Shown here: piece after piece, positions 1 through 12,548 of the stretch
How positions within the stretch are numbered: the stretch's first letter is position 1
Layout: every line of letters begins with the position of its first letter
The notes under the pieces: model-generated
Databases searched by the model: none
The model's input: only the letters and a program-made list of their open reading frames with translations
What the model was told of the DNA's origin: nothing
Origin: Alphaproteobacteria bacterium
GTDB lineage: Bacteria; Pseudomonadota; Alphaproteobacteria; SHVP01
Reading direction: 5' to 3'
Assembly (NCBI GenBank): GCA_016869765.1
Contig: VGES01000011.1
Span: forward strand, 11,401 to 75,400
DNA: 64,000 nt
Translations under genes and position numbers: made by a program

Positions 1-376
1 CGGCGCATTCGACCAGAAACACGAACGGTGCCGCGCTGCCATCCATGATCGGTACTTCGGGCCCGTCGAGTTCGATCAGTGCATTGTCGATGCCGCAGCC
101 ATACAGCGCGGCCATCAGGTGCTCGATCGTCGCGACCTTGGTGCCGGCGTCGTTGCCGATCGTCGTGCAAAGTCGGGTATCGATCACCGTGTTCCAGCGT
201 GCAGCGATACGCGCCTTGTGGCGCGACAGATCGCGACGCAGGAACTGAATTCCGGTATCGGTCGCCGCCGGATGCAGGGTCATCGTCACCGTCGCCCCAC
301 TATGCAGGCCGACGCCCGAGCACGAGATGCGGTGGCGCAGTGTTTGCTGTCGAGTCGCGGCGATCGTCACGTCCAT
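1..376 (-). CDS. lpxC: UDP-3-O-acyl-N-acetylglucosamine deacetylase, 5' part (runs off the window edge)
   Basis: Not in the ORF track. Manual translation from ATG 376 gives [27 protein letters not shown]...[37 protein letters not shown], the LpxC signature motifs; AAAGG RBS; follows ftsZ. Confidence 0.96.
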   Translation of the reverse strand, partial: MDVTIAATRQQTLRHRISCSGVGLHSGATVTMTLHPAATDTGIQFLRRDLSRHKARIAARWNTVIDTRLCTTIGNDAGTKVATIEHLMAALYGCGIDNALIELDGPEVPIMDGSAAPFVFLVECA

Positions 377-526
377 CGGTCCTTTTCGCGGCACGCCCCT
401 GCCCGAGCGACGCCAAAAACTTCTTTTGATTCCAACGCTTTCGCCCTCGTCCCGCGGCTAACTTGTGGGCCAATTGCTGCGCCGCACAAGTCACTCTTTG
501 TTACAGTTTGCTACGCGCGCGGGAAA

Positions 527-556
527 CCGGCGTGCCCCGGAGGGAGGGCACGCCGG
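527..556 (-). terminator. GC-rich stem-loop after ftsZ (possible intrinsic terminator or stability hairpin)
   Basis: CCGGCGTGCCC (527-537) / GGGCACGCCGG (546-556), 10 nt after the ftsZ stop; only a short TTT follows on the minus strand. Confidence 0.55.
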
Positions 557-566
557 CTTCGCTTGC

Positions 567-2318
567 TCAGTTGGCCTGACGGCGCAGGAAGGCCGGGATC
601 TCGAGGAGGTCCTCCTCGGCCCGGGGCGCCGACCGGTCAGCCGAAGGGGCCGGTTCCGCCCGCTTGACCTCGGCTTCGACCTTTGCCGCCTCAGCCTTGG
701 CCGCGAGCCGCGGTTCGGCGCGAGGCACCGCCGCCGGAGGGGTTTCGCCCTCAGGCTTGCGGCGGGAAACACCCGTCATGCGCTCGAACAGGCTCGGCCC
801 ACGGTTGCGTCGCTTCGGAGCTTCGACCGGCCCAGCATTGGCGAGAGCCGCCTCGGCAAACGGCTCCGGCGACTTGAGGGCCGGCTTGGGCTCCACCGCT
901 CTTGGCGGCACGAACGGTTGTTCGGCACGGGGCGGCGTCCGGAACAACGGCCGAGCCACGGGCGCCGCCGTAGCGGCCGGCGGGGTCGTCGGAACCGCGG
1001 GGGCGACCGCCACCGGGACGTCGGGCGCCACCGCAGGCGCTTCGTCCTCTGGAACCGCGAAGCGTACCACCGCGACCGGTGCGCTTACCGGTAGCGGAGC
1101 GTCAGCCACCGACGCCGGGGCTGGCGCACCGGCAACGACGGGCGGCGCGATCGGGGCCGCGGGCGCGGCGACTGCGATGACGGGTTCAACCGCCGGTTTC
1201 GGCGCCTCGACCACCGTCGTACGCGGAGCTTCGGCCACGAGCGGGCGCGGCACCTCGAGCGGGCGTGCCGGTCTGGCAGGCTCGGCCTGCCGCAGCGCGC
1301 GGGGCAACACGATCGGGTCGGGGACCGCGGTCGGCCGGGGATTGGACGCCCGCTGCGCATCGATCCCGGTGGCGACGACCGACACGCGGACGCGACCGGT
1401 CATCGTATCGTCGAAGATCGAACCGAAGATGATGTTGGCGTCGGGATCGACCTCGTCGCGGATGCGATTGGCCGCTTCGTCGACCTCGTAGAGGGTCAAG
1501 TCGGGCCCGCCCGTGATGTTGATCAGGACGCCGCGAGCTCCCTTCATCGACACGTCGTCGAGCAGCGGGTTGGAGATCGCCGCCTCAGCTGCCTCGAGCG
1601 CACGCTTGTCGCCTTCGGCTTCCCCGGTCCCCATCATCGCCTTGCCCATCTCCATCATCACGGTGCGGACGTCGGCGAAGTCGAGGTTGATCAACCCCGG
1701 CATCACCATGAGGTCGGTGACACCGCGAACCCCCGAATAGAGCACGTCGTCCGCCATCTTGAAGGCGTCGGCAAACGTGGTCTTTTCGTTGGCCACCCGG
1801 AACAGGTTCTGATTCGGAATGATGATCAGCGTGTCGACATACTTTTCGAGTTCGGTGATTCCCGCCTCGGCAAGCTGCATGCGATGCGAGCCCTCGAAGT
1901 GGAAGGGCTTGGTCACCACACCGATCGTCAGGATGCCGGCGTCACGTGCCGCCTGCGCGATCACGGGTGCAGCGCCGGTGCCGGTGCCACCGCCCATTCC
2001 AGCGGTGATGAACACCATGTGACAGCCGCTCAGCGCATCCATGAGTTCGGGCAGCGACTCCTCCGCGGCCCGACGCCCAGTGGCCGGGTTCGATCCTGCC
2101 CCGAGCCCATGGGTGATGTTGACGCCGAGCTGGATTCGGCGATCGGACAACGCCTGGCCGAGCGCCTGGGCGTCCGTGTTGGCGACGAGAAACTCAACGC
2201 CCTCCAGTTGGGCGCTGATCATGTTGTTGACAGCGTTTCCGCCGGCGCCCCCAACCCCGACCACAGCGATGCGGGGTTTGAGCTCCGTTGTTCGCGGAAC
2301 GCTCAGGTTGATGGTCAT
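567..2318 (-). CDS. ftsZ: Cell division protein FtsZ (long-linker alphaproteobacterial type)
   Basis: [13 protein letters not shown], tubulin signature GGGTGTG, NLDFADV, Pro/Ala-rich linker, C-terminal peptide [12 protein letters not shown]. Confidence 0.99.
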   Translation of the reverse strand: MTINLSVPRTTELKPRIAVVGVGGAGGNAVNNMISAQLEGVEFLVANTDAQALGQALSDRRIQLGVNITHGLGAGSNPATGRRAAEESLPELMDALSGCHMVFITAGMGGGTGTGAAPVIAQAARDAGILTIGVVTKPFHFEGSHRMQLAEAGITELEKYVDTLIIIPNQNLFRVANEKTTFADAFKMADDVLYSGVRGVTDLMVMPGLINLDFADVRTVMMEMGKAMMGTGEAEGDKRALEAAEAAISNPLLDDVSMKGARGVLINITGGPDLTLYEVDEAANRIRDEVDPDANIIFGSIFDDTMTGRVRVSVVATGIDAQRASNPRPTAVPDPIVLPRALRQAEPARPARPLEVPRPLVAEAPRTTVVEAPKPAVEPVIAVAAPAAPIAPPVVAGAPAPASVADAPLPVSAPVAVVRFAVPEDEAPAVAPDVPVAVAPAVPTTPPAATAAPVARPLFRTPPRAEQPFVPPRAVEPKPALKSPEPFAEAALANAGPVEAPKRRNRGPSLFERMTGVSRRKPEGETPPAAVPRAEPRLAAKAEAAKVEAEVKRAEPAPSADRSAPRAEEDLLEIPAFLRRQAN

Positions 2319-2428
2319 TCTGATTACCCTCCGGTGACTCTGACCTTCACGTCTTTCCCTCCTGGATCCCTACCCTTGCCTCGACGGCGCTTGTTGCGCC
2401 TCTTGTTGCCGACCGCCGTTCATCGCGG

Positions 2429-3667
2429 TCAGAAATTCGCCTTGAGCCAGCGGCCAATGCGGCCGAGACGGCCACCTGCCGAGTCCATTTCGAGGTCGCG
2501 CACGGGCGCAAGCGGTTCCTTGATCGCCAGGCGCAGCAGGCCCGCACAGGCCGAAAACGCGGGCCCCGCGGTAGCCTCGGCGAGCCCGGAAATCCGGATC
2601 GGCCGCCCTAGCCGCACCTGCTTGTCGAGAAGCCGCGCCGCCACTTCCCGAATGCCCTGCAACTGGCTTCCGCCGCCGGTGATCACGACACGGCGCCCGG
2701 CGATGCGATCCATGCCGGCGCTTTCCAGCCGCCCTTTGACGTGCTCGAAAGTCTCCTCGACGCGCGGACGGATGATCCCCATCAGGGCCGAGCGCGGCAC
2801 TTGCTGAACCACCTCGTTGTCGGTCTCGCCGATCACCGGCACATCGATGGTCTCGCGTTCGTCCGTCGGACTGGCGAGGGCGCTGCCGAACAGCGTCTTC
2901 AGACGCTCCGCCTGGGCCATCGGCGTCGCCAGTCCGCGAGCGATGTCGTTGGTGATGTGCGCACCACCGAGCGCCACGGCGTCGGCGAAGATCATCTCGC
3001 CGTCGCGGAACACGGCAATCGTCGTGGTGCCACCACCGAGATCGATCACCGTCACGCCGAGCCGAAGCTCGTCTTCGACGAGGGTGGCCAAACCCGAGGC
3101 ATACGGCGCCACCGAGATGCTCGCGACCTTGAGATGGCCACGCTCGATGCAAAGCGTCAGATTGCGCAACGGCCCCGAGGCGACGGTGACGATGTTGATG
3201 TTGACGCCCAGGCGGGCGCCGAACATGCCGCGCGGGTCGCGTACTCCGCTGGCTCCGTCGACCGAAAACCCGATCGGGAGCGAATGGATGACCTCGCGGT
3301 CGCCCGGGTCGTCAGCCGGCCGCGCCTGATCGAGCACGCGGCGCAAGTCGGAGTCCGAGATCGCGTGACCGGCGATTGCAACCTCGACCCCAACGGTGTG
3401 GGCCGACGGTTTGCCGCCGGCGATCGCGACGTGAACTTCTTTGACCGTTTCTCCGGCCATACGTTCGGCGGCATCGACCGCCGCCCGGATCGACTCCTCG
3501 GTCGCCTCCATGTCGACGACCGTCCCGGCGCGGACACCACGTGACAATTGATGACCGATCCCGATCACGCGCATCGTCTGGTCGGCATCGGCGCGGGCGA
3601 TGAAGCAGCAGACCTTCGTGCTACCGATATCGAGCGCGGCGAGTAGCTGACTACGTCCGGCGGCCAT
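2429..3667 (-). CDS. ftsA: Cell division protein FtsA
   Basis: LDIGSTKVCC, IDLGGGTT and TGGGSQL actin-like motifs; lies between ftsQ and ftsZ. Confidence 0.98.
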   Translation of the reverse strand: MAAGRSQLLAALDIGSTKVCCFIARADADQTMRVIGIGHQLSRGVRAGTVVDMEATEESIRAAVDAAERMAGETVKEVHVAIAGGKPSAHTVGVEVAIAGHAISDSDLRRVLDQARPADDPGDREVIHSLPIGFSVDGASGVRDPRGMFGARLGVNINIVTVASGPLRNLTLCIERGHLKVASISVAPYASGLATLVEDELRLGVTVIDLGGGTTTIAVFRDGEMIFADAVALGGAHITNDIARGLATPMAQAERLKTLFGSALASPTDERETIDVPVIGETDNEVVQQVPRSALMGIIRPRVEETFEHVKGRLESAGMDRIAGRRVVITGGGSQLQGIREVAARLLDKQVRLGRPIRISGLAEATAGPAFSACAGLLRLAIKEPLAPVRDLEMDSAGGRLGRIGRWLKANF

Positions 3668-3688
3668 GGTGTCTCCTTGCCAGTTCCG

Positions 3689-4537
3689 TCATGTGCTCTC
3701 CCCGGGGTCCCTCAGCACGGGGCCGGCATCGGGCGCGAGCCGGAGCAGCAGCCGGTCGGCGAACCGCATGTCGATGGCAGCCACCGCGCGGTCGAGCACG
3801 TTGTAGGTTCGTTGCCAGTCGGCGAGGCGCCGAATGGCGCCGGCGTGGTCCTCCTCCGGCAACAACACCTCGATGCCGTTGTCGAAACGGAGATTCCATC
3901 GCCGCTCGCCGATCCGGATTGCGGCCACCACCCGGGCCTGCAGCATCGGTTCGCTCGCCAACGCGTCGATCATCGCGGCCGCGGCGCGCGGCGCACCGGA
4001 TCCGACCACGACAGGCAGGTTTGCCCAACGCTCGAGCCGCGCCGTCGCCATCACTTCGCCCTCGCGGTCGATCAAGGCCTGAACGCCGCGATGCTGCCAG
4101 ATCGCAAACGGCGTGCGTTCGACGATATGAATACTGAGAGTCGCGGGAAGGCGACGTGCAATCCGTGCTTCGCGGACCCAGTCCAACGCCTGCAATCGCC
4201 GGCGCGCCTCGGCGAGATCGACGCTGAAGATCGGCGCATCACGCGGCACCGCGAGGGCCGCCAGCGCGGCACCAGGATCGGTTTCGACTCGACCAGAGAC
4301 GCGGACCTCCTGCACCGTGAGGCCGAGCGCGATCGAATAACTTTCGATCTGACCGAGCGCCCAGGCCCGTCCCTGCTCCGGCCAATCGGTGAACCAGTAG
4401 GCTGCGGTCGCGCCACTGCCGAAACCGAGCAAGGCCACGATGGCCGCCCCGCGACGGAGGGCCCGCCGGTAGCGCCGAATGCCGTCCCACCACGAGCGGC
4501 GCGCCCGACCCGTTCGTTTGAATTTCACCGCGGGCAT
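3689..4537 (-). CDS. ftsQ: Cell division protein FtsQ
   Basis: Single N-terminal TM, POTRA-like segment (WVREARIARRLPATLSIHIVERTPFAIWQ), RRWNL, IDMR; dcw position. Confidence 0.93.
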   Translation of the reverse strand: MPAVKFKRTGRARRSWWDGIRRYRRALRRGAAIVALLGFGSGATAAYWFTDWPEQGRAWALGQIESYSIALGLTVQEVRVSGRVETDPGAALAALAVPRDAPIFSVDLAEARRRLQALDWVREARIARRLPATLSIHIVERTPFAIWQHRGVQALIDREGEVMATARLERWANLPVVVGSGAPRAAAAMIDALASEPMLQARVVAAIRIGERRWNLRFDNGIEVLLPEEDHAGAIRRLADWQRTYNVLDRAVAAIDMRFADRLLLRLAPDAGPVLRDPGEST

Positions 4538-5433
4538 GACGCGTCCTCGATCATCCAGTCGACCAAATCGCCGAAACCGATACCGGCATGGGCGGCGATT
4601 TCGGGCACGAGCGACAATGGCGTCATGCCGGGTTGGGTATTGACCTCCAGGGCGTAGAACGCCGTATTCGGGCCGGTGTCGTCGTAGCGCAGATCGGCGC
4701 GCGATACGCCGCGGCAGCCGAGCGCGCGGTGCGCATCGAGCGCGATGGCAAGCGCCGCGTCGTAGTCGCCACGCGGCAGCGGCGCCGGCATGACGTGATC
4801 GGCGAACCCGGGCGTGTACTTGGCCTGGTAATCGTAGAAGCGTCCGCGCGGCTTGATTTCGATTGCCCCGAGCGCACGATCGCCCATGACCGCGACATGA
4901 ATCTCTCGCCCCGGGATGTAGCGCTCGACGAGCACGTCCTCGCCGTATTCCCAGGTCTCGTTGGCGATGGTCCGGTTTTCACCTTCGAAAACGATGGTGA
5001 CCCCGATGCTCGAACCTTCGTTGAGCGGTTTGACGACATAGGGCGGGGTCATGACGTGCCGGCGAGCGACCTCTTGGCGGGCGTAAACCGCTCCCTCGGG
5101 GACCTGGATGCCGGCACGGGCGAACACCGCCTTGGCCGCGGGTTTGTTCATCGCCAACGCCGAGGCGAGCAATCCCGAATGCGTATAAGGAATCCCGAGC
5201 ACCTCGAGGACGCCTTGAATCGTTCCATCTTCGCCGAAGCGGCCGTGCAAGGCGTTGAACGCTACGTCGGGCTGAAGGGCCGCGAGTACGGTGGCAATGC
5301 TGCGATCGACATCGATGATCGTGACGCGGAAAGCGCGTTCGCGCAGCGCCTTGGCGACGGCCGCGCCGCTGACCAGTGAGACCTCGCGCTCCGCCGACCA
5401 TCCCCCCATCAGAACGGCAACGTGTTTGGTCAT
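4525..5433 (-). CDS. ddl: D-alanine--D-alanine ligase
   Basis: Start re-set to [20 protein letters not shown] (ATG 5433, overlaps the murB stop); ALHGRFGEDG, EGSSIG, EVNTQPGMT. Confidence 0.97.
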   Translation of the reverse strand: MTKHVAVLMGGWSAEREVSLVSGAAVAKALRERAFRVTIIDVDRSIATVLAALQPDVAFNALHGRFGEDGTIQGVLEVLGIPYTHSGLLASALAMNKPAAKAVFARAGIQVPEGAVYARQEVARRHVMTPPYVVKPLNEGSSIGVTIVFEGENRTIANETWEYGEDVLVERYIPGREIHVAVMGDRALGAIEIKPRGRFYDYQAKYTPGFADHVMPAPLPRGDYDAALAIALDAHRALGCRGVSRADLRYDDTGPNTAFYALEVNTQPGMTPLSLVPEIAAHAGIGFGDLVDWMIEDASCPR

Positions 5434-6359
5434 GCACGCCGCCCCAACCGTTCGATCTCCCACTGCAGCATCACGCCACAGGAATCGAAAACCCGCCGCC
5501 GGACTTCTTCGCCAAGGGCTTCGAGATCGGCGGCGCTGGCGCTGCCCGTGTTTTCGAGAAAATTGCAGTGCATCGGCGAAACGTGCGCACCACCGATGGT
5601 CAGGTCGCGGCAACCCGCTCGGTCGATCAACTCCCAGGCCTTGGGACTACCGTCGGGGCCGCCCGGATTCTTGAAGGTGCTGCCGCCGGTGCGCGTGCGC
5701 ACGGGCTGGCTGGCCTCACGACGGCGATGAACGTCGTCGATCCGCGCGGCGATGGAGGCAGCATCGCCCGGCTCACCGCGGAGATGGGCCGCGACAACGA
5801 TCCAATCGCGCGGCAGCCGTGCCTGACGATAGGACAGGCCGAGCGCCTCGCGATCGAGCTCGTGCACCTGCCCGCGATCATTGAGGCAACGCGCACTGAC
5901 CAACACGTCCTTGATCTCGCGGCCATACGCCCCGGCGTTCATGCGCACGGCGCCACCGATCGTCCCTGGCACGCCCGACAGGAACTCGAGGCCGGCAATA
6001 CCGGAGCGTGCCGCCACGGCGGCAACGTTGGCATCGAGCGCACCGGCGCCCGCACGCACATCCACGCCGTCAGACGTGACGCCGACAAACGCCCGGCCCA
6101 AACGAACGACGACGCCATCGATGCCACCATCGCGCACGAGGACGTTCGAACCGACCCCCAACACCGTGACCGGGACGTCGTGGGGGCGATCGCGCAGGAA
6201 GGCCGCGAGATCGGCTTCGTCCTCCGGCCGGAACATGACCTCGGCCACGCCGCCCACCTGGAACCACGTGACTTTGGCGAGGGCGTACCCTTCGCTGAGC
6301 CGTCCCCGGACAGGCGGCAGGCGATCGATGAGACGGGAGGCCTTCGGCGCCGCGCTCAT
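5430..6359 (-). CDS. murB: UDP-N-acetylenolpyruvoylglucosamine reductase
   Basis: [48 protein letters not shown]. Confidence 0.97.
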   Translation of the reverse strand: MSAAPKASRLIDRLPPVRGRLSEGYALAKVTWFQVGGVAEVMFRPEDEADLAAFLRDRPHDVPVTVLGVGSNVLVRDGGIDGVVVRLGRAFVGVTSDGVDVRAGAGALDANVAAVAARSGIAGLEFLSGVPGTIGGAVRMNAGAYGREIKDVLVSARCLNDRGQVHELDREALGLSYRQARLPRDWIVVAAHLRGEPGDAASIAARIDDVHRRREASQPVRTRTGGSTFKNPGGPDGSPKAWELIDRAGCRDLTIGGAHVSPMHCNFLENTGSASAADLEALGEEVRRRVFDSCGVMLQWEIERLGRRA

Positions 6360-7792
6360 GACGCGACCTCACGAAGACGAGTCGTCGGCAGCAATCCTTC
6401 GAGTTCCCCCGGCAACTTGTGCGCCCAGCCGGTGATGCTGCCGGCGCCAAGGCAAATTACGAGATCCCCCGAACGGGCGATCTCGGCCACTTGGCGTGCC
6501 AGATCGTCGGGCTTGTCGAGTGGGATGACGTGCCGATGACCATGACGGCGCAACCCATCGACCAACGCATCCCGGTGGATACCCTCGATCGGACTTTCGC
6601 CGGCCGGATAGATGTCGGCGACGATCACGGTGTGGGCGTTGCTGAAACAGGTGCAGAATTCCTCGAACAGATCGCGGACCCGCGTGTAGCGATGGGGTTG
6701 CACCACGGCGATCAGCCGGCCGCGCCCGACCTGTCGTGCCGCACTCAGGACCGCCGCGATCTCGACCGGGTGGTGGCCATAGTCATCGATGATCGTGACG
6801 CCACCCACGACTCCGGTCTTGGTGAAGCGCCGGCGCACGCCACGGAACTCCGACAACGCCTTTACGGCAACGGCGTCTGCGATCCCCATCTCGTTGGCGA
6901 TGGCATAGACCGCCAGGGAGTTCTGCACGTTGTGCAGGCCGAGCATCGTGAGGCGCGCGTCGACGATACGGCGTCCTTCCTCGTGATGGCGATCGGCGAT
7001 TACGACGTCGAAAATCGACCCGTCAGCCGACATGCGCACGTTCTCGGCACGCACGTCGGCAATCGGGTTCATTCCGTAGGTGATCAGGCGTCGATCCGAG
7101 ATCCGCCCGCATAGGGCGTGAACCTCGGGATGATCGACGCACATCGCGGCGAAGCCGTAGAACGGAATGTTCTCGACGAAGGTTTGAAACGCCTTCTTCT
7201 CCGCCTCGAAGTTGCCGTAGAAGTCGAGATGTTCGGGGTCGATGTTGGTCACGACCGTGATCGTCGCCGGCAGCTTGACGAAGGTGCCGTCCGACTCGTC
7301 GGCCTCGACCACCATCCATTCACCGGCGCCCAGCCGGGCGTTGGTGTTGTAGGCGTTGATGATGCCGCCGTTGATCACGGTCGGATCGAAGTCCGCTGTG
7401 TCCAGGAGCGCGGCGATCATCGAGGTCGTCGTGGTCTTGCCGTGGGTTCCGCCGACCGCGATCGACCATTTGAAACGCATCAATTCGGCCAACATCTCGG
7501 CTCGACGGACGATCGGCAGGAACAGGGCGCGCGCGGTGATCAGCTCGGGGTTGTCGCTCTTGACCGCCGATGACACGACGATGACGCGAGCCTCACCCAC
7601 GTTCTCGGCGCGGTGCCCGAGCAGCACCTTGATGCCAAGGCCGCGCAGTCGCTGCACGTTGGCCCCTTCGGCGATATCGCTGCCCTGGACCTGATAGCCG
7701 AGGCTGTGCATGACCTCGGCAATTCCGCTCATGCCAATGCCGCCGATTCCGACGAAATGGATGAGCCCGATATCGAGCGGGAGTCCTCTCAT
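6356..7792 (-). CDS. murC: UDP-N-acetylmuramate--L-alanine ligase
   Basis: Start re-set to [25 protein letters not shown] (ATG 7792); [23 protein letters not shown]. Confidence 0.98.
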   Translation of the reverse strand: MRGLPLDIGLIHFVGIGGIGMSGIAEVMHSLGYQVQGSDIAEGANVQRLRGLGIKVLLGHRAENVGEARVIVVSSAVKSDNPELITARALFLPIVRRAEMLAELMRFKWSIAVGGTHGKTTTTSMIAALLDTADFDPTVINGGIINAYNTNARLGAGEWMVVEADESDGTFVKLPATITVVTNIDPEHLDFYGNFEAEKKAFQTFVENIPFYGFAAMCVDHPEVHALCGRISDRRLITYGMNPIADVRAENVRMSADGSIFDVVIADRHHEEGRRIVDARLTMLGLHNVQNSLAVYAIANEMGIADAVAVKALSEFRGVRRRFTKTGVVGGVTIIDDYGHHPVEIAAVLSAARQVGRGRLIAVVQPHRYTRVRDLFEEFCTCFSNAHTVIVADIYPAGESPIEGIHRDALVDGLRRHGHRHVIPLDKPDDLARQVAEIARSGDLVICLGAGSITGWAHKLPGELEGLLPTTRLREVAS

Positions 7793-8907
7793 GCCGCCTT
7801 CTCCTGCGGCGCGGCGGCGATGGCCTCGACGAGGTCGGCCAAACGGTGCGCCGCATCGGCAATGCCCGCCGCTCGCGCAGCGGCGGCCATCGAAACGAGC
7901 ATGGCCGGGTTTGCCAGGATTGCCGTGAGACGCTCGGCCAACTGCTCGGGCGTGAACGCATCCTGACGGAGAATCCACGCGGCTCCGGCATCCGCCAGAC
8001 TTCGCGCATTGGCGGCTTGATGGTCGTCGGTCGCATGGGGATAGGGAACGAACAACGCCGGGCGGCCGACGACGGCGATTTCGGCCACGGTCGAGGCCCC
8101 CGATCGTGAGATGACGACGTGGGCCGCGGCCATGTGCTCGACAACATCGGGAAAGAACGTCGCCAAGTCGGCCGTGGCGGCGGTATCGCGGTAGACCGCG
8201 CGCGCCTGTTCCATGTCCTCGGCCCGGCTCTGCTGCACGATGTGCAATCGACGCTGCGCCTCCATCGCCAAGCGCCGGACGGCCTCGGGAACGACCTGAG
8301 AAAACACGCGTGCGCCTTGGCTGCCGCCCAACACCAGTACGCGTAGGGGTTGGCGATCGCCCGGGGCAACAAAAGCGCGCTCGCGCGCGGTCGCGAAGGC
8401 GCCACGCACGGGATTGCCGGTGACGCGCCGCAGCGCCGCCGCTCGGACGGGAAGCAAAGCGGTCTTGGCGTGCGACAGGGCGATCGCGGAGACCCGCGCC
8501 GCCAACAGGCGGTTGACCCGTCCCAGGACGGCGTTCTGTTCGTGGATCGCAGCGGGGATCCCAAGGCGCGCGGCGGCTAACATGGTTGGCAGGGAGGGAT
8601 AGCCGCCAAAACCGACTACTGCATGGGGCAGCAATCGGGGGAGGAGGGCACGCGCCTGCAGGATCCCCGCTACGATTTCGTAGAGCCCGCGAATCTTTCC
8701 CGGCCACCCGCGACCGGCAAACGTGCCGGCACGAACGACGTGGTGACTTACGCGAGCGAACGCGCCGCCGAGATCGACGCCGCGACGATCCGTCACGAGC
8801 GCCAATCGATGGCCACGCGTCAAAAGCTGATCGGCCAAGGCTTGCGCCGGGAACAAATGTCCCCCGGTTCCGCCAGCGGCCAGAATGATATTTCGCCCGG
8901 CGCTCAT
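7789..8907 (-). CDS. murG: Lipid II GlcNAc transferase MurG
   Basis: [52 protein letters not shown]. Confidence 0.98.
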   Translation of the reverse strand: MSAGRNIILAAGGTGGHLFPAQALADQLLTRGHRLALVTDRRGVDLGGAFARVSHHVVRAGTFAGRGWPGKIRGLYEIVAGILQARALLPRLLPHAVVGFGGYPSLPTMLAAARLGIPAAIHEQNAVLGRVNRLLAARVSAIALSHAKTALLPVRAAALRRVTGNPVRGAFATARERAFVAPGDRQPLRVLVLGGSQGARVFSQVVPEAVRRLAMEAQRRLHIVQQSRAEDMEQARAVYRDTAATADLATFFPDVVEHMAAAHVVISRSGASTVAEIAVVGRPALFVPYPHATDDHQAANARSLADAGAAWILRQDAFTPEQLAERLTAILANPAMLVSMAAAARAAGIADAAHRLADLVEAIAAAPQEKAA

Positions 8908-10073
8908 GCCGAGGCTCCATCACGGGCGAGCGGGGCAAGCGGACGATGGACGGGCGGGCGGTAGCCGCCGGCCCGTTGGCGCGTCAGCGCCAACACGATC
9001 CCCATGCCGAAGGCGAGCGCCAGCATGCTCGACCCGCCATAACTGATGAACGGCAGCGTCATGCCTTTGGCCGGCAACAGGCTCATGTTGACGCCCATGT
9101 TGATGACGGCCTGGAGCCCGAGTTGCGACAAGATGCCGGCAGCGGCCAGCAGGTTGAACATCTCGCTCTCGCGGAACAGCCGTGCAAACCCGCGCAGCAG
9201 CAGGACAGCGAACAACACGATCAGCCCGAGCGAGGGCAACAGGCCGAATTCCTCACCGGCGACGGCGAAGATGAAGTCGGCGTGGGCGTCGGGCAGCACG
9301 GTCTTGAGCACGCCTTCGCCGGGCCCGGTGCCGAACAGGCCGCCGTGGCTGAAGGCGTTGATCGACGTATCGACCTGGAACGTGTCCCCGCGGGACGGAT
9401 CGAGGAAACGGTCGATGCGGCTGGCGACGTGCGGGAACAAGGCATAGGCGCCCACCGCTGCCGATGCTCCGGCAAGGGCCAGGCCGGCCACGAGAATGAG
9501 CGGCAGGCCGGCGAGGAACATCTGCGTGAAAGTCACCGCCGCGATCACCATCGCCATGCCGACGTCAGGCTGGATGACGACCAGTCCGATCACGACAGCG
9601 GCGACCATCGCCACGATCGTGAAGCTCGGGAAGTTCTCGTGCTGGGCGCGCTGCGCCAGCAACCAAGCGCACACCACGGCCAGGAGCGGTTTGGCGAACT
9701 CGGAGGGTTGCAGCAACAGGCCGCCCAGCGACAGCCAGCGCCGAGCGCCTTTGACGTCGTGGCCGAAGAACAGGGTGGCCACCAGCATCAGCATTGTCAC
9801 GAGCAGACCGATCACCGCCAGCCGCCGGATCAGGATCGGCGGAAGCAAGGACGTCACAAAGACGACGGCCAGCCCCGGAACGAGAAAGATGAGCTGCCGG
9901 CGCACGAAGTGGAACGAGTCGAGTCCGAGGCGATCGGCGACCGCGGGGCTCGCGGCCATCACCAGAATGGCGCCGGCGGCGATCAACAGGAGCAGCACGA
10001 CGAGCAACCAGCGATCGACGGTCCACCACCAGTCGCCGAAGGCGCTGCGATCGGTACGGCCGACGCCGATCAT
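8904..10073 (-). CDS. ftsW: SEDS peptidoglycan polymerase FtsW
   Basis: Start re-set to [10 protein letters not shown] (ATG 10073); [44 protein letters not shown]. Confidence 0.97.
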   Translation of the reverse strand: MIGVGRTDRSAFGDWWWTVDRWLLVVLLLLIAAGAILVMAASPAVADRLGLDSFHFVRRQLIFLVPGLAVVFVTSLLPPILIRRLAVIGLLVTMLMLVATLFFGHDVKGARRWLSLGGLLLQPSEFAKPLLAVVCAWLLAQRAQHENFPSFTIVAMVAAVVIGLVVIQPDVGMAMVIAAVTFTQMFLAGLPLILVAGLALAGASAAVGAYALFPHVASRIDRFLDPSRGDTFQVDTSINAFSHGGLFGTGPGEGVLKTVLPDAHADFIFAVAGEEFGLLPSLGLIVLFAVLLLRGFARLFRESEMFNLLAAAGILSQLGLQAVINMGVNMSLLPAKGMTLPFISYGGSSMLALAFGMGIVLALTRQRAGGYRPPVHRPLAPLARDGASA

Positions 10074-11461
10074 GACCCCACCCGCGTTGGCACGGCGCCA
10101 GGGAACGCGAGCGCCAAACGGCGAAACGCCTCGCCTCGCGCCTCGAAATCGCGGAATTGGTCGAACGAGGCGCATGCTGGCGACAGCAACACCACCCCGC
10201 CACCCTCGGCGAGGGCAAGACGGCCGGCGTCGGCTACGGCACAATCGAGCGTCGCCGAGCGCGTCGTCGGAACGCGCGGAGACAGCGTGGTCGCGAAAGA
10301 ATCGGCGGCTTCGCCAATCAGAAATGTGTGACGGATCCGTCCAAACAACGGGCGAAGCGACTCGATGCCGCCCTCCTTCGCCCGACCACCGGCGATCCAG
10401 TAAATCCTGTCGAACGCCGCCAAAGCTTTGCTCGCGGCGTCCGCGTTGGTGGCTTTGCTGTCGTTGACGAACGTGACGGGGCCAACCTGCGCCACCTCTT
10501 CGAGGCGATGGGCCAGCCCCGGGAATGTCGGCAGCACCTTGGCGATCTCGGGGCCACGGAGCCCGAGCGCCCGGACGGCCGCAAACGCGGCCGCGGCATT
10601 TTGCCAGTTGTGGCTGCCGCGCAGCGCGCGAGCCTGCCGGAGATCGAGGGTCGTCTCGTCCGGTTCGGTCGCGTCGACGAGAACGCCTTCGACGACCGAA
10701 ACACCAGCCGGAACACGATGACCTACGGAGATCGGGATGATCGTGCGATTGGGGTCGCGCGCGAGTTGGTCGTAGAGCGAGCGACAATGCGGATCGTCGA
10801 CGCCGATAACCGCCGCTTGCCCGCGATGTTGGTTGGTTAGCAGGCGCGCCTTGACCGCGACATAGCCCGCCATCGAGCCATGGCGATCGAGATGATCGGG
10901 GCTGATATTGATCAGCACCGCGACGTCGCACGAGAGCGAAGGGGCGAGATCGATCTGGTAAGACGAGACCTCGAGCACATAGAAGCCGTCGGCCTCGAGT
11001 GGCGCCAGGTCGAGCACGGGCCGACCGATATTTCCCCCGAGCTCAACCACCCGCCCGCAACCCTCGAGGATATGGGCGACGAGCGCCGTGGTTGTCGATT
11101 TGCCGTTGGTGCCGGTGACCCCGACCGTCCGCGCGCGTGGTCGCGACCGAACGAACAACTCGATATCTCCGATCACCTCCTTATTGGCAGCCCGCGCGCG
11201 CGCAACGATCGGATGCGGTGCCGGGTGGGTGAGTGGAACGCCGGGGCTGAGAACCAATGCGTCGACTCGGTTGAAGTCGAAGGAGTGGAGATTGCCGATC
11301 TCCACTCCAGCCCCGGCGTATTCCTGCAGCCGATCGGCGCGATCGTCCCAGGCCACGACTCGGGCGCGACCTGCAACAAGCGCACGCACCGTCGCCCCGC
11401 CGCTACGGGCAAGCCCGAACACGGCGACGGTACGATCAGCGAAGGTGTGAACCGGAATCAT
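10070..11461 (-). CDS. murD: UDP-MurNAc-L-Ala--D-glutamate ligase
   Basis: Start re-set to MIPVHTF (ATG 11461); [48 protein letters not shown]. Confidence 0.98.
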   Translation of the reverse strand: MIPVHTFADRTVAVFGLARSGGATVRALVAGRARVVAWDDRADRLQEYAGAGVEIGNLHSFDFNRVDALVLSPGVPLTHPAPHPIVARARAANKEVIGDIELFVRSRPRARTVGVTGTNGKSTTTALVAHILEGCGRVVELGGNIGRPVLDLAPLEADGFYVLEVSSYQIDLAPSLSCDVAVLINISPDHLDRHGSMAGYVAVKARLLTNQHRGQAAVIGVDDPHCRSLYDQLARDPNRTIIPISVGHRVPAGVSVVEGVLVDATEPDETTLDLRQARALRGSHNWQNAAAAFAAVRALGLRGPEIAKVLPTFPGLAHRLEEVAQVGPVTFVNDSKATNADAASKALAAFDRIYWIAGGRAKEGGIESLRPLFGRIRHTFLIGEAADSFATTLSPRVPTTRSATLDCAVADAGRLALAEGGGVVLLSPACASFDQFRDFEARGEAFRRLALAFPGAVPTRVGS

Positions 11462-12546
11462 CGTAGCTTCAATGTCGAGAGGCCGATCAGGGCCAGGATG
11501 ACGGCGATGATCCAGAAACGAATGACGATGGTCGGCTCCTTCCAACCCTTCTGTTCGTAATGGTGATGAAGCGGCGCCATGCGAAAGACGCGGCGGCCGG
11601 TCAACCTGAACGACAGGACTTGGACGACGACCGAAACGGTCTCGAGGACGAACAAGCCACCGATCACGAGCAGTACGAGTTCGTGCTTGGTGATGACGCT
11701 GACCGCGCCGAGCGCCCCACCCATCGACAGGCTGCCGGTGTCGCCCATGAACACCATCGCGGGCGGAGCGTTGAACCAAAGGAAACCGAGGCCGGCGCCG
11801 ACCAACGCGCCGCAGAACACGGCCAATTCGCCAGCCCCCGAGACGTAGTTGATCTGGAGGTAGTTGGCGAAGATGGCGTTGCCCGCGAGGTAGGCGATGA
11901 GCGCGTAGGATGACGCGGCGATGAGCACCGGGACCGTCGCCAGCCCATCGAGCCCATCGGTCAGATTGACGGCGTTCGAGGCGCCGACCATCACGACCAC
12001 GGCGAAGGGGATGAAGAACCAACCGAGCTGGATCAGCACGTCCTTGAAGAACGGCACGGCCAGCGCGAGCGACAGCGGCCCGCGCATTTCGCTGACGATC
12101 CAGAGCGTCGCGACGACAGCGATCAGGATTTCGACCGACAGCTTGATCTTGCCGGGCACACCCTTGTGGCTGGCCCGTGTGACCTTGAGGTAGTCGTCGA
12201 GGAAGCCGACAAAACCAAAGCCGAGTGTGACGATGAGTGCCGCCCAGACATAGGCGTTGCGCAGGTCGGCCCACAGCAAGGTGGCAATGCCGAACGACAG
12301 GAGGATGAGGATCCCACCCATCGTCGGCGTGCCCCTCTTCTCGACCAAGTGGCGCGCCGGCCCATCGGCCCGGATCGGCTGACCATTCGCCTGTTTGCTG
12401 CGCAACCAGCGGATCAGCGCCGGACCCAATAGAAAACTCAACGCCATGGCGGTGATGACAGCGCCGCCGGTTCGAAACGTAAGGAAGCGAAACAAACCCA
12501 ATCCGACGATGTCGCCACCCAATGGGGCCAGGAGATTGAACAACAC
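11458..12546 (-). CDS. mraY: Phospho-N-acetylmuramoyl-pentapeptide transferase
   Basis: [42 protein letters not shown]; multi-TM. Confidence 0.98.
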   Translation of the reverse strand: MLFNLLAPLGGDIVGLGLFRFLTFRTGGAVITAMALSFLLGPALIRWLRSKQANGQPIRADGPARHLVEKRGTPTMGGILILLSFGIATLLWADLRNAYVWAALIVTLGFGFVGFLDDYLKVTRASHKGVPGKIKLSVEILIAVVATLWIVSEMRGPLSLALAVPFFKDVLIQLGWFFIPFAVVVMVGASNAVNLTDGLDGLATVPVLIAASSYALIAYLAGNAIFANYLQINYVSGAGELAVFCGALVGAGLGFLWFNAPPAMVFMGDTGSLSMGGALGAVSVITKHELVLLVIGGLFVLETVSVVVQVLSFRLTGRRVFRMAPLHHHYEQKGWKEPTIVIRFWIIAVILALIGLSTLKLR

Positions 12547-12548
12547 GC

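Noticed and set aside
660-1360. Long Pro/Ala-rich low-complexity stretch in FtsZ
   Set aside because: Long disordered linkers are normal in alphaproteobacterial FtsZ; no tandem DNA repeat unit seen.
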